64,000 bases of DNA from Halarcobacter sp. (lineage in GTDB: Bacteria > Campylobacterota > Campylobacteria > Campylobacterales > Arcobacteraceae), in NCBI GenBank assembly GCA_963676565.1, contig OY781089.1:2016001-2080000 (forward strand), given 5' to 3'. Made by a program: the position numbers and the translations under genes. The notes under the pieces were generated by a model. It did not search any database. It was given only the letters and a program-made list of their open reading frames with translations, and was not told the origin of the DNA. This document shows, in pieces, positions 7,898-18,141 of this stretch. The first letter of the stretch is position 1. The number at the start of each line of letters is the position of its first letter.

Positions 7898-9619
7898 AGA
7901 AACCACTTGGTTTCTTCCCGCATTTTTTGCTTTATATAAGGCTTCGTCAGCACGATTTATCACAGCTTCAATATTTTTATCCTTTATAAAATCAATTTGT
8001 GAAACCCCTATACTAATTGTAAATGTAATTGTTATCTTATCATCGATTTCAACTGTAAGATCTTCTATCTTTTTTCGAATTTTTTCACTATAGGCATTAG
8101 CACCACTTATAGAGGTATTTGGGAGTAACATAATAAATTCTTCACCACCATACCTACATGTTATATCTGATTCTCTTTTGATTCTAATTAGAGTTTTAGC
8201 AAGTTTTATAATAACTCTATCCCCTATACTATGTCCATAGGTATCATTTATGTTTTTAAATTTATCAATATCAAGCATAACAATAGATAAAGGCTTAAAA
8301 TCTCTATGGGAGATTTGAAATAAATTATTTGATACTTCTGAAAAATATCTTCTATTATATAGTTTTGTAAGAGGGTCTGTTTGATTTTGAAATTCAAGTT
8401 TATTTTGTAAAATATCAAGCTCTTTTGTTGAAACATTTATTAAATGAGAGAGTGCTTGTAAAGTTAGTTTAGAGTGTTTCAACGCTTGGAATTTAACTTC
8501 TTTTTGATTGCGTATTGATGATTCACTTAGTGCAAGTACAGTCATAGTTTGATTTAAAAGTAGTTTATTTTTTCCACAACTAAAAAACTCTCCATAGGTA
8601 TAAAATCCACTAGATGGTGCAATTTTATTATAAACTAAGGTTTCAGATTCAATAACCTCAGGTATAAATCTACGTCTTGCCATACAAGAATAGATAAAAA
8701 TTGTTTCAACACATTTACCTAAGAGTTTATCAACATGCTTTTGAGTTTCATTAAAAATGGAGTCAAAATCTGCACAAGCAAATCTAACTTTGTCACCAAT
8801 TTTTAAATTCCCAGCAAAAATCAAAGAACCATCTTCTTTTTTACCAATGGCAGCTCTTGCTATATCAACATCATAATTTTGAATAATTAGTGGAAATTCT
8901 ATTCCTACTTTAGGAAGTTTTTTACTAACTGCATCCCCTAGATAATAATTATATGCTTCAACAGCGGTTCTATCTTCAATTGTAAAAACTCTATTACCAA
9001 TTGCATGGGTAATTGTTAGTTTTTTTCCAATTGCTTGCCAATCAAAACTATAATCTGTAAAGATTTTAAGATCATTAGAATTTAGTGCTACACCAACAAC
9101 ACCATCTTGTAAAATTTTATCTTTTGTAAAAACATAGGTTTTCTCAAATATGCTATTATCACCTGCTAAACCACCAGATACAATAATATTATTGTTTACG
9201 CTATTAATACCATTTAAAAACTCTTCACCATTACCAGTTAAACCATCTATAAAAGAGATAATTACTTTAGTGTTTTCTTTGATAAGTGATTTTGCTAAGT
9301 TTTTACCTCCTTCAAAATAGTCATTAAATTTGTTGGAAATATATATGTCTAGAGTTGTTTTTTCAAAGGTGGTAAAACACAGAACTGTTTTTTTTGTAGA
9401 TACTTTTCCATCACAAATTTCACCATCTGTAGTAGCACCTACTAGTTTTGATTTTGGAAAATATTTAGTAAATATAGATATTAGGTTTTCAATATACTCA
9501 AGATTGTTTTTGCCAGTAAAAATTTGAATTAATAGTTTTTCATCATCACAAATATTCTCTTTTTTTGTAAATTCTAAAAGCTCATGCTCTGAATTAAAGT
9601 ATGTATTTGTTGTTTTCAT
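7892..9619 (-). CDS. FIST-domain diguanylate cyclase
   Basis: FIST motifs (GATTDGEI, GGLAGD, YSCMARR, GFYTYGEF); DPLTKLYNRR, DIDKFK, RESD I-site, GGEEF. Confidence 0.92.
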   Translation of the reverse strand: MKTTNTYFNSEHELLEFTKKENICDDEKLLIQIFTGKNNLEYIENLISIFTKYFPKSKLVGATTDGEICDGKVSTKKTVLCFTTFEKTTLDIYISNKFNDYFEGGKNLAKSLIKENTKVIISFIDGLTGNGEEFLNGINSVNNNIIVSGGLAGDNSIFEKTYVFTKDKILQDGVVGVALNSNDLKIFTDYSFDWQAIGKKLTITHAIGNRVFTIEDRTAVEAYNYYLGDAVSKKLPKVGIEFPLIIQNYDVDIARAAIGKKEDGSLIFAGNLKIGDKVRFACADFDSIFNETQKHVDKLLGKCVETIFIYSCMARRRFIPEVIESETLVYNKIAPSSGFYTYGEFFSCGKNKLLLNQTMTVLALSESSIRNQKEVKFQALKHSKLTLQALSHLINVSTKELDILQNKLEFQNQTDPLTKLYNRRYFSEVSNNLFQISHRDFKPLSIVMLDIDKFKNINDTYGHSIGDRVIIKLAKTLIRIKRESDITCRYGGEEFIMLLPNTSISGANAYSEKIRKKIEDLTVEIDDKITITFTISIGVSQIDFIKDKNIEAVINRADEALYKAKNAGRNQVVSL

Positions 9620-9706
9620 GATTAATACTTTAAATTAAAATTTATTTCATTATAACACAATAAATTTTTATGTAAAATATTTTTAAATTTAAAAAAGAGT
9701 TTCTAT

Positions 9707-10339
9707 ATGAATATTGATAGACTAAAAGAATTGGAATCTGAGTTTTTATACCAATACCCTAAAGGCTTTGAAGATTCTCATTTTTTTCCAACAATGAAAA
9801 AGTTTAATCCAGAGAAATTACAACTTTTTACAGAAGATAATCTTAGAAAAGAAGATTTTTCAAATCCAAATTTAGTTTTAGAAAACTATTTTAAAGTTAT
9901 ACAAAAATCAGTTTTAGTTTCACTTTTTGACAAACTAAAATTTAAAGATATGTTATCGTCATTAAACTCTTATGAAAAAGATATGCTAAGTATTGAAGTT
10001 TATGAATTATTACATGGGAATAAAAAAGAAGGCTTAGAAGGCTTAGTTGAATTTTTATCTCAATATAATCTTGCTAAATGGACAATTATTTCAGTAGTTC
10101 CTTATTATATGAATAGGCAAAAAAACTATTTTATAAAACCAACTACAACAAAAAAGATTATCAAATATCTTGAGATTGAAGATATAGTTTATAAGCCAAA
10201 ACCAAGTTATGAGTTTTATAAAACTTATAGTGATTATTTAGATGAAATGAAAAAAAATGTTGATAAGTCATTGAGTTTTGATAATGCAGCATTTACAGGT
10301 TTTTTAAAAATAGCCATTGAAATTTGTAGTGAAGATTAA
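9707..10339 (+). CDS. Conserved-looking hypothetical protein
   Basis: 210-aa ORF with normal composition, followed by a terminator; no family recognised. Confidence 0.75.
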   Translation: MNIDRLKELESEFLYQYPKGFEDSHFFPTMKKFNPEKLQLFTEDNLRKEDFSNPNLVLENYFKVIQKSVLVSLFDKLKFKDMLSSLNSYEKDMLSIEVYELLHGNKKEGLEGLVEFLSQYNLAKWTIISVVPYYMNRQKNYFIKPTTTKKIIKYLEIEDIVYKPKPSYEFYKTYSDYLDEMKKNVDKSLSFDNAAFTGFLKIAIEICSED

Positions 10340-10363
10340 TAAAAGAGCCTAAGCTCTTTTATT
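10338..10363. terminator. Bidirectional intrinsic terminator
   Basis: AATAAAAGAGC-CTAA-GCTCTTTTATT between convergent genes. Confidence 0.8.
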
Positions 10364-10373
10364 ATTATTATTA

Positions 10374-11078
10374 TTAAGACATTATCTCTTCAATAGTTAT
10401 GTAATCTCCAACTCTACCAGTCATTTGCTCAACGTCAGTATTAACAGGAAGTGTTTTTTTACCTGGAACCCATCCTGCAGGACAAACCTCACCAGTTTTT
10501 TCTGCATGTTGCCAAGCTCTAACTTGTCTTAAGAACTCATGTACATTTCTTCCAACCATTGGTGCTTGAACCTCTTGAGCTACAACTACACCTTCTGGGT
10601 TAATTAAAAATCTTCCCCTTAGTGCAACACCTTCTTCTTCAATCATTACACCATAAGCTCTTGATACAGTACCTGTTGGGTCTGCTGCAATAGTTAATTT
10701 TAAGTCTTTTAAGATTGGTTCAGTTTCAACAAATCTTTTATGAGAAAATTTTGTATCTGTTGATACAGCAGTGATTTCCACTCCTAATTCCTGAAACTCA
10801 TCATATTTTGCATTCATTGCTGCAATCTCTGTAGGACATACAAAAGTAAAATCTGCTGGGTAAAAACATACAACATGCCATTTACCTTTCATATCTTCAC
10901 TATTAACCTCTGTATAGTGACCTGTTTTTGAATCATATGCTTCCATTTTAAACTCTGGTGCTTTTCTTAATACTAAACTTGAACTCATTTTTTCTTCCTT
11001 TTTTTCTATTTTGTTTATATTTTCTTCTGTTGAAACATCTTTAGTTTCGATCGGTTTTGCTCCTGTATCGCAAGCCAT
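10374..11078 (-). CDS. 2-Cys peroxiredoxin (AhpC/Prx1 group, PrxU-like) with N-terminal extension
   Basis: FYPADFTFVCPTE peroxidatic motif, GEVCPAGW resolving motif, VGRN. Confidence 0.92.
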   Translation of the reverse strand: MACDTGAKPIETKDVSTEENINKIEKKEEKMSSSLVLRKAPEFKMEAYDSKTGHYTEVNSEDMKGKWHVVCFYPADFTFVCPTEIAAMNAKYDEFQELGVEITAVSTDTKFSHKRFVETEPILKDLKLTIAADPTGTVSRAYGVMIEEEGVALRGRFLINPEGVVVAQEVQAPMVGRNVHEFLRQVRAWQHAEKTGEVCPAGWVPGKKTLPVNTDVEQMTGRVGDYITIEEIMS

Positions 11079-11098
11079 TTTTTAATCCTTTATATATA

Positions 11099-11128
11099 GA
11101 TATTTTTTATCAAACGATAATTTTTATC
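11099..11128 (-). promoter_or_regulatory. Two Fur/PerR-like GATA-N5-TATC palindromes in the peroxiredoxin leader
   Basis: GATATTTTTTATC (11099-11111) and GATAATTTTTATC (11116-11128), downstream of a minus-strand TATACT at 11143-11148. Confidence 0.45.
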
Positions 11129-11317
11129 CTTTGTGTAATGGAAGTATAATCCTAGTTTGATTAAATAAAGCTTAAAATATTATTAGTTTTACTTATATTA
11201 TTAATATAACTATATTTTATGATTATAAATATTCTTTAATTATTGTTTTTTTGATAGAAACCTATTAAAAAGTATTTTTTTTATATAATATGTTCAATAC
11301 TATTTAAAAGGAATTTA

Positions 11318-11665
11318 ATGGAACAATTACCAAATTGCCCAAAATGTGGAAGTGAGTATACTTATGAAGATGGAGAATTATATATCTGTCCTGAATGTGC
11401 TCATGAGTGGTCACAAGACTCTTCACTTGAAGTTGATGAAGATGCTTTAATCGTGAAAGATTCAAATGGAACAATATTACAAGAGGGTGATGATGTTACA
11501 GTTATAAAAGATTTAAAAGTTAAAGGTAGCCAATCAGGTATCAAAGTTGGTACAAAAATTAAAGGTATTAGGCTTGTTGAGGGGAATGATGGGCATAATA
11601 TTGACTGTAAGGTTCCTGGTGTTGGAGCAATTAAACTAAAACAAGAGTTTGTTAAAAAATCTTAA
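11318..11665 (+). CDS. yjdM: PhnA/YjdM zinc-ribbon protein
   Basis: [13 protein letters not shown]...[28 protein letters not shown]. Confidence 0.92.
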   Translation: MEQLPNCPKCGSEYTYEDGELYICPECAHEWSQDSSLEVDEDALIVKDSNGTILQEGDDVTVIKDLKVKGSQSGIKVGTKIKGIRLVEGNDGHNIDCKVPGVGAIKLKQEFVKKS

Positions 11666-11692
11666 TTAAAATGGGGTTATTCCCATTTTAAT
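11665..11692. terminator. Bidirectional intrinsic terminator
   Basis: ATTAAAATGGG-GTTATT-CCCATTTTAAT between convergent genes. Confidence 0.75.
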
Positions 11693-11716
11693 AATTTATT
11701 TTATTCTCAAAATTCT

Positions 11717-14146
11717 TTATCTTCTTATTAAATCTTCGGGTTTTGCATAGTAAAAACCTTGTCCATAATCAATACCTAGTTCTTTTACTACATTGTGAAC
11801 CTTCTCATTATCAATAAATTCTGCAACTGTTTTAATTTGCGACTTTTTTGTAAGGCTTAAGATTGACTCAACAATATTTCTTGAGTTCATATCTTTATCT
11901 ATATTTTTTATTAAGCTTCCATCAATTTTTACAATGTCTGGTTTCATATTTAAAAGTTGTGTGTAGTTTGAATAACCACTTCCAAAATCATCAATTGCAA
12001 TTTGGCAGTTATATTTTCTAACTAGCTTAATAAATGAATTGATTTGTTCATAGTCTTTTATTTCTGAGCTTTCAAGTATTTCAAAAGTGATTAAATTTGC
12101 AATATTTTCATTTACTTGTAATAAAAATGTTATATAGTTTAGTACATCATTGTTAATTATATCTTCAAATGAGATATTAATAGATATAGGTATATTTGTT
12201 GATTTTAGAAATTCAATCGATTTTCTTAATACATTTTTTGTTATATCAGAATACATTTTTGATTTTTTTGAAATTTCGAGAAACTCATATGGAGATACTA
12301 TTTTGTTTTCTTTTTCATCAATAAGTCTTACTAGTGATTCATATTTTACTATCTTTTTTGTTTCTAAAGAAACAATTGCTTGAAAATAGGGTAGAATCCT
12401 ATCATTCTCTAAAGCATCTTTTATCTTTAGTAACATATCAAAATTTTTTAAATCACTTGTTTTTTTATTTATATCATGATTATATCTAGCTATTTTATCA
12501 TAACTATTTTTATTTTTAGAGATTGCTTCTTCGGCTGTTAATATATAAGGAACAGAATCTGATACTCCTATATTAATTGATACTGGTACTTCAAAATTAT
12601 CATATATAAATTTGTGTGATTCAAATTTTAACATCAAATTAATGGCTTTTGTATTTACCTGATCAATTGTTTTATTTTCATAAAAAATTGCAAAAATATC
12701 ACCATAAAGTCTATATGCAAATTTTGATTCCTCTTTTAATAAATTCGCAACAGATTTTAATATTTCATCTGCTCCTTCATAAGTAAGCAGTGAATTTAGT
12801 TTTTTAAAATCTATTATATCTATTAGTAAAAGAGTACCTTTTTTATCTTTTAACTCATTATTTAAAGCATTTCTACCTTTTAATTTAGTAAGTTCATCAT
12901 AAGATAACAAAAACTCTTTTTCTTCTTGGTATTGAACAACTTTTGTAATATCAACTCTAATAACCATAAACTCTAATATATTATTTTTCTTATCCTTTAG
13001 TGGTACAACAGTTGTCATAAAGTGTTTTATATCGCCATTTTTGCATAAACCTTTAAGTTGACCTTTCCAAAACCCTTTTTCTTCTATAATTTTAATTCCA
13101 TTTAATATAAATTCTTTTTTTATCTCACTTGGAAATAGATCTTGATGGTCTTTTCCTATTAATTCCTCTTTTGTATATCCAAATGTTTCACAAAAAAGTT
13201 CATTGACATGAAGTATTTTTAAATCTCTAGATAATCTTAATATGATAGTTGTTTTATCTAATGTTTCTTCATATAGCTTTGAGATGCTATTTATATCTTC
13301 AAGTTTGTCATAAGTTATACTGAATTGCTTTTTTAAAAACTCTTTTCTTTTCTCAAGTTCAGTTATATCTGTTCTTAATGCAATATATTCAACAACTTCA
13401 CCTTTAGAATCTAAAATAGGGTTAATAATAGTATCTACCCAATAAAAACTACCATCTTTTCTTTTATTTTTAATCTTTCCTTTCCAAACTTGTTTTAAAT
13501 CTTTTATTGTGTACCACATAGTTTGAAAAGTTTGAGCATCCATATCTTCATGTCTAATTATCTTATGAGGTTTACCTAATAATTCACTACTTTTGTAACC
13601 AGAAATCTTACAAAACTTGTCATTTACATAGGTTATATTACCTTTACTATCTGTTTTAGAAACAATTGAATATTTATCTATAGTCTCTTTATATTGATTA
13701 AGTAATCTACGCTTGGATGCAGTCATATTTAAGCTATTTAGAATCTCAAGAGAGTTATCAATTTTATAAACTAATTCTTCAATTGTAATAGGCTCTTTTA
13801 GAAAATCAAAAAAACTAAAATTTAGATCTTTTTTAATATTTAAAAATTGATTTGAGGGATTTTCTATAACAACAATTACAAATAAGTCTGGTTTAGTTTT
13901 TGATAATGATTTTAAAAGCTCTAAATAATCTTCTTTTATATCAATTATAAGCAAACTAATATCTAAACTATCAAATAAAAAATTAATATTTTCTATTTTA
14001 GTTGAGACAAATGAATTGTAGTTTTTAGAAGATGATAATGATTTGAATTTTTTATAATTATTATTTACTATATTACTTGAGATTAAAATATTTTTATTTT
14101 TTTTATTAATTACTTGTTCAACTAAAAAGTGATTTACATTTTGCAT
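11717..14146 (-). CDS. Pseudo-receiver / PAS-PAS / degenerate GGDEF / EAL c-di-GMP phosphodiesterase
   Basis: PAS (YVNDKFCKISGY...GKPH...WKG); GGDEF replaced by YGDIF; ESLVRL, FEILES, DDFGSGYS, KIDGS, VAEF, QGFY; likely ATG at 14146 behind GAGG. Confidence 0.9.
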   Translation of the reverse strand: MQNVNHFLVEQVINKKNKNILISSNIVNNNYKKFKSLSSSKNYNSFVSTKIENINFLFDSLDISLLIIDIKEDYLELLKSLSKTKPDLFVIVVIENPSNQFLNIKKDLNFSFFDFLKEPITIEELVYKIDNSLEILNSLNMTASKRRLLNQYKETIDKYSIVSKTDSKGNITYVNDKFCKISGYKSSELLGKPHKIIRHEDMDAQTFQTMWYTIKDLKQVWKGKIKNKRKDGSFYWVDTIINPILDSKGEVVEYIALRTDITELEKRKEFLKKQFSITYDKLEDINSISKLYEETLDKTTIILRLSRDLKILHVNELFCETFGYTKEELIGKDHQDLFPSEIKKEFILNGIKIIEEKGFWKGQLKGLCKNGDIKHFMTTVVPLKDKKNNILEFMVIRVDITKVVQYQEEKEFLLSYDELTKLKGRNALNNELKDKKGTLLLIDIIDFKKLNSLLTYEGADEILKSVANLLKEESKFAYRLYGDIFAIFYENKTIDQVNTKAINLMLKFESHKFIYDNFEVPVSINIGVSDSVPYILTAEEAISKNKNSYDKIARYNHDINKKTSDLKNFDMLLKIKDALENDRILPYFQAIVSLETKKIVKYESLVRLIDEKENKIVSPYEFLEISKKSKMYSDITKNVLRKSIEFLKSTNIPISINISFEDIINNDVLNYITFLLQVNENIANLITFEILESSEIKDYEQINSFIKLVRKYNCQIAIDDFGSGYSNYTQLLNMKPDIVKIDGSLIKNIDKDMNSRNIVESILSLTKKSQIKTVAEFIDNEKVHNVVKELGIDYGQGFYYAKPEDLIRR

Positions 14147-14487
14147 ATTTGACCTCAAAAAAATATTATTTTAATCTAATTAAATAATAATATATCATTA
14201 TCTTTTAAACATATGAATTTTAAAATAACCCTTGAAGAAGATACTTTAAAGTTTGTAATATTAGTTATTTTATCAAGATAAAAATTATTTTATACTTAAA
14301 TAAAGTCTATTTAGAAAAATTAATTTAAAATTTTAATAATATTTTTTAGTATTAATAATTGAATAATACAACTAATTTTATCAACATAAAATCTAACTTT
14401 TTTATTAAATGTCAAAAGTATAAACTTTTTTTATTGGCTTTTATTAAAATTAATAGTTAAAATATAGATAAAAAGGAAAGGAATAAG

Positions 14488-15327
14488 TTGAGTTTTTTTA
14501 TTAGTAAAGAGAATATAAATATCCCAAATATGATATATGGAACTGCATGGAAAAAAGATAAAACTTCAAATTTAGTTTATGAAGCATTAAAAGAAGGCTT
14601 TAGAGGGATTGATACTGCTGGACAACCAAAACACTACAATGAAAAAGGCGTAGGTGAGGGTATAAATAAATCTATTAAAGATAATATCATTACAAGAAAT
14701 GATTTATATATTCAAACAAAATTTACTCCAATAGATGGTCAAGATAAAAACAACATGCCATATGAAATAACAGATGATTTGAAAATACAGGTTAGAAAAT
14801 CTTTTGAAAACTCAAAAAAAAATCTACAAGTTGAATATATAGATTCTTATATCTTACATTCTCCTATATTCCCTGGAAAAAAACTAATTGAAGCGTGGCT
14901 TACTATGGAAGAGTTTTATTCTTTAAAAGAAGTTGGTCAATTAGGAATCAGCAATTGCTATGATTTGGATGTATTGAAATATTTATATAAAAACAGTGAT
15001 ATAAAACCTGCAATTGTACAAAACAGGTTTTATGCTCAAAGTGGATATGACAAAGAGATTAGAATTTGGTGTAAGCAAAAGGGAATTTTATATCAAAGTT
15101 TTTGGTCCTTAACCGCTAATCCAGAGATTGTGAATTCATCTGTAATTAATCAATTGTCAAAGAAATATAATAAAACTAAAGAACAGATATTTTATAAGTT
15201 TTTAAATGAGCTTGAAATAATCCCCTTAAATGGAACAACATCAAATGAACATATGAAATTGGATTTAGATATTAAAGATTTTTATTTAGAAAAAAGTGAG
15301 ATAGAAACTATAAGTAGTATGTTATAG
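14488..15327 (+). CDS. Aldo/keto reductase
   Basis: YGTAWK, GFRGIDTA...Y, QTKF, LHSP, LGISN, VQNRF. Confidence 0.9.
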   Translation: MSFFISKENINIPNMIYGTAWKKDKTSNLVYEALKEGFRGIDTAGQPKHYNEKGVGEGINKSIKDNIITRNDLYIQTKFTPIDGQDKNNMPYEITDDLKIQVRKSFENSKKNLQVEYIDSYILHSPIFPGKKLIEAWLTMEEFYSLKEVGQLGISNCYDLDVLKYLYKNSDIKPAIVQNRFYAQSGYDKEIRIWCKQKGILYQSFWSLTANPEIVNSSVINQLSKKYNKTKEQIFYKFLNELEIIPLNGTTSNEHMKLDLDIKDFYLEKSEIETISSML

Positions 15328-15335
15328 GGTAAAGG

Positions 15336-16073
15336 TTATTGAACCTTTACACCATATTTTTGAAGCATCTCTACCCAAGATACTTTATTTCCTTTTGTAT
15401 CAAATACAGAAGGTGTTCCTCTAACCCCTAATTTATTTGCAATTTCCATTTGTTCTTGAAGAGTTTTTTCTAATTTTTCTAACTCTTTTTCACCTATTTT
15501 TCTATTTACAAATGCAGCTGTATCAGCTTTTGTCGTTGTCATAGCTTTTACTTTATCTTCATAAGATTTTTGACTCATAATATAAAGTGAAATGTCTTTT
15601 GCATTTGCATGACTTGCTAATGGATAGAAAAATACTCTAATTTTTACCTTATCTTCAATTTGAGAAAAATATGATTCAAATTTTTTACAATATGGACATT
15701 CTGGATCTGTAAATAATACATATTCATCATTACCTTTTCCAAAAGTAAAGGCTTCTTTTCCAAGTGTAGGTTTTATATCAACTGGTAAATCTGGAATAGC
15801 AAGTGATCTTCCTGAGTCTGTGTTTACAACATCTCCAGCAATTAAATATTTTTTATCTTTTGTTAAGTAGATTTTACTTTGCTGACCTCTTACATTTACA
15901 TTTAAAAGATATAAATCCCCTGAATCAAAACCTCTAAGAACTTTTACTTGAGCACCTTGAAAAAGATTTAATGATTCAATCTCTTTAACTAATTTATCTG
16001 AAATTTGTTCCATTGCATTTGCAAATGATGTTAATGCAAAAAGAACTAAAACTGTTTTTATAAGTTTTAACAT
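15336..16073 (-). CDS. dsbC: DsbC-family periplasmic thiol:disulfide isomerase
   Basis: Signal peptide; FTDPECPYCKK; GVRGTP cis-Pro loop. Confidence 0.85.
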   Translation of the reverse strand: MLKLIKTVLVLFALTSFANAMEQISDKLVKEIESLNLFQGAQVKVLRGFDSGDLYLLNVNVRGQQSKIYLTKDKKYLIAGDVVNTDSGRSLAIPDLPVDIKPTLGKEAFTFGKGNDEYVLFTDPECPYCKKFESYFSQIEDKVKIRVFFYPLASHANAKDISLYIMSQKSYEDKVKAMTTTKADTAAFVNRKIGEKELEKLEKTLQEQMEIANKLGVRGTPSVFDTKGNKVSWVEMLQKYGVKVQ

Positions 16074-16141
16074 TTTTTTTCCTAATTTTAAAAATAGCCA
16101 ATATGATACAGTTTTTATGTTTAGAAATTGTGAAGTTTTTA

Positions 16142-17041
16142 CTATAAAATCAATTTTGCAATAATATAAGTGGTGATAAATGAAAATAAAATACCATATC
16201 CCACAATTGCAGAACTTAATCTTGGGGCAAGTCCTGCCATCGATGCAATTGCACCAGCAGTTATCATAGGTGCCATTCCAGCTTCAAATATTGAAACTAG
16301 TGCAGATGTTGAGTTCCATCCAAAAAGCTTGATTATAAAGAATGCAATTATTGGTGCAACTACTAATTTAATAAATAAAGATACACTAAATGGCTTTATT
16401 TCATGCCTTGGAAGTTTCAGTTGTAATTGAAGACCCACAGCTACAAGAGCTACTGGTACAATAGTGCTTGCAAAAGAGCTTAGAACTGAGCTTATTATAG
16501 GATTATATTCAATACCCATTAAAAATAATGATAAAACCAAGGCAATAAATGGAGGGAAAGTTATAACTTTAAAACCAATTATTCTTAATGTTAAGTTTTC
16601 TTTACTTGAATAAAATGAGGCGATAAAAGTTCCATAGGTTGCAAGGGCAATAAATGTTCCTAATTGGTCATAAACTAAGACATAAGGTAAGGCTTCTTCT
16701 CCCATATATGCATTTACTATTGGTATCCCCATAAATGAAGAGTTTGTTAAAATAGTTACTAATAAAAGAGAACCAGTAATCTCTTTAGAAAAAGAGAATA
16801 ATTTAGAGACTAGTAGTGTTAAAACTGCTGTTATAAACATCACAAGCCACGAGATAATAACTGGAATCATCATATCCATTGAAAAATGAAGTTTAGGTAT
16901 TTGTAATAAAATCATAGCAGGAAGAGAGATATAAATCACAAATTGATTTAATGCTACTGGGGCATCTTTTGGTAAAATCTTTAAATGCTTTAATAAATAT
17001 CCTGCAATGATTGCAAGTAGAATTAATACAAAGTTTTCCAT
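16142..17041 (-). CDS. AEC (auxin efflux carrier) family transporter
   Basis: About 10 TM segments; LNQFVIYISLPA, NSSFMGIP, FPPF, AGMAP. Confidence 0.9.
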   Translation of the reverse strand: MENFVLILLAIIAGYLLKHLKILPKDAPVALNQFVIYISLPAMILLQIPKLHFSMDMMIPVIISWLVMFITAVLTLLVSKLFSFSKEITGSLLLVTILTNSSFMGIPIVNAYMGEEALPYVLVYDQLGTFIALATYGTFIASFYSSKENLTLRIIGFKVITFPPFIALVLSLFLMGIEYNPIISSVLSSFASTIVPVALVAVGLQLQLKLPRHEIKPFSVSLFIKLVVAPIIAFFIIKLFGWNSTSALVSIFEAGMAPMITAGAIASMAGLAPRLSSAIVGYGILFSFITTYIIAKLIL

Positions 17042-17048
17042 TATTTAA

Positions 17049-17420
17049 TTACTTAGTTAAATTTGTATCGCAGTTATCTTCAGAGCTTATTTTCCCATAC
17101 TCCTCAACATAATCTATTCCCCATTTGTACATTTCATCTAAAATTGGTCTTAATCTATTCCCTGCATCACTTAAAGAGTAGACTACTTTAGGTGGAACTT
17201 CTGCAAAAACTTCTCTTATAATTATATTTTTTTCTTCCAATTCTTTTAGTTTTACTGTTAATGTTTTTTGTGTAATTTCAGAAATCTCTTCATGCAACTC
17301 TTTAAATCTTTTATTTCCATCTAGAAGATGCCAAATTATTGCAAGCTTCCATCTATCATTAAAAATATCAAGGGTAACAGATACTGAACACTTATATTCT
17401 TTATCATTAATTAAATACAT
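17049..17420 (-). CDS. HxlR-family winged-helix regulator
   Basis: CSV...RWKLAIIWHL...RFKEL...ITQKTLTVKLKELE...VPPKVVYSLS. Confidence 0.92.
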   Translation of the reverse strand: MYLINDKEYKCSVSVTLDIFNDRWKLAIIWHLLDGNKRFKELHEEISEITQKTLTVKLKELEEKNIIIREVFAEVPPKVVYSLSDAGNRLRPILDEMYKWGIDYVEEYGKISSEDNCDTNLTK

Positions 17421-17470
17421 TATATTTCCTTTTCTTGGATAATTATATCATAAAAGAATTAAAATTCCAT

Positions 17471-17492
17471 TACTTACCTAAAGTAAAGTAAG
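17471..17492. promoter_or_regulatory. Putative HxlR operator (imperfect TACTTAC...GTAAAGTA inverted repeat)
   Basis: Near-palindrome in the divergent hxlR/mdaB intergenic region, upstream of TATAAT at 17515. Confidence 0.4.
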
Positions 17493-17542
17493 ATACATTT
17501 AAGTTTATAAGCTATATAATTTTCAAAATGAAAAGGATTTAT

Positions 17543-18121
17543 ATGAAGAAAGTATTAATTATAAATGGACATCAACATTATGATGGTGTTGCTGAAGGCA
17601 ATTTAACTAGTGACTTAATTAACTGTGCTAAGACTTTTTTTGAGAATAATGATTTTGAAGTAAAATCTACATATATTGATAAAACTTATGATGTAGAAGA
17701 GGAGAAAGAAAAATTAGTATGGGCTGATTATATATTTTTCCAATATCCTGTTTATTGGATGGGTTTACCATGGATTACTAAAAAATATTTTGATGAAGTA
17801 TTAACTGCAGGAATTCATTATGCAAATGATGGACGAAGTAGGGAAGATGCGTCAAAAAAATATGGAAGTGGTGGATTATTAAGTGGTAAATATATGCTTA
17901 GTTTAACATATAATTGTCCCACATCAGAATTTTCAAATAAAGATGGATATTTTGAAGGTTTATCTTTAGATGAAGCAAATTTAAGTACTCATAAGATTTT
18001 TCAATTCCTAGGTTTAAACCCTCTAAAAACTTATTCTGTTCATGATATTTTTAAAGGTGATTTAGATATAGAAAAAGAAAAAGAGAAATTAAACAATATA
18101 CTAAAAGAAAATTTTCTTTAA
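17543..18121 (+). CDS. mdaB: MdaB-like flavodoxin-fold NAD(P)H:quinone oxidoreductase
   Basis: KKVLIING, WAD...QYPVYWMGLPW..KKYFDEV, DGRSR...KYGSGG; ATG 17543 behind AAGGA. Confidence 0.85.
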   Translation: MKKVLIINGHQHYDGVAEGNLTSDLINCAKTFFENNDFEVKSTYIDKTYDVEEEKEKLVWADYIFFQYPVYWMGLPWITKKYFDEVLTAGIHYANDGRSREDASKKYGSGGLLSGKYMLSLTYNCPTSEFSNKDGYFEGLSLDEANLSTHKIFQFLGLNPLKTYSVHDIFKGDLDIEKEKEKLNNILKENFL

Positions 18122-18141
18122 AACTAACTAGGTAGGATAAT

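Noticed and set aside
9707..10339. Possible restriction or defence-related fold for the hypothetical protein
   Set aside because: Only a vague impression; no catalytic motif could be identified.
10374..11078. Selenocysteine recoding in the PrxU-like peroxiredoxin
   Set aside because: The active-site codon is TGT and the ORF has no in-frame TGA.
14159..14487. Long AT-rich intergenic region as a possible sRNA locus or origin
   Set aside because: No stable hairpin, DnaA-box cluster or repeat seen; consistent with divergent promoters.
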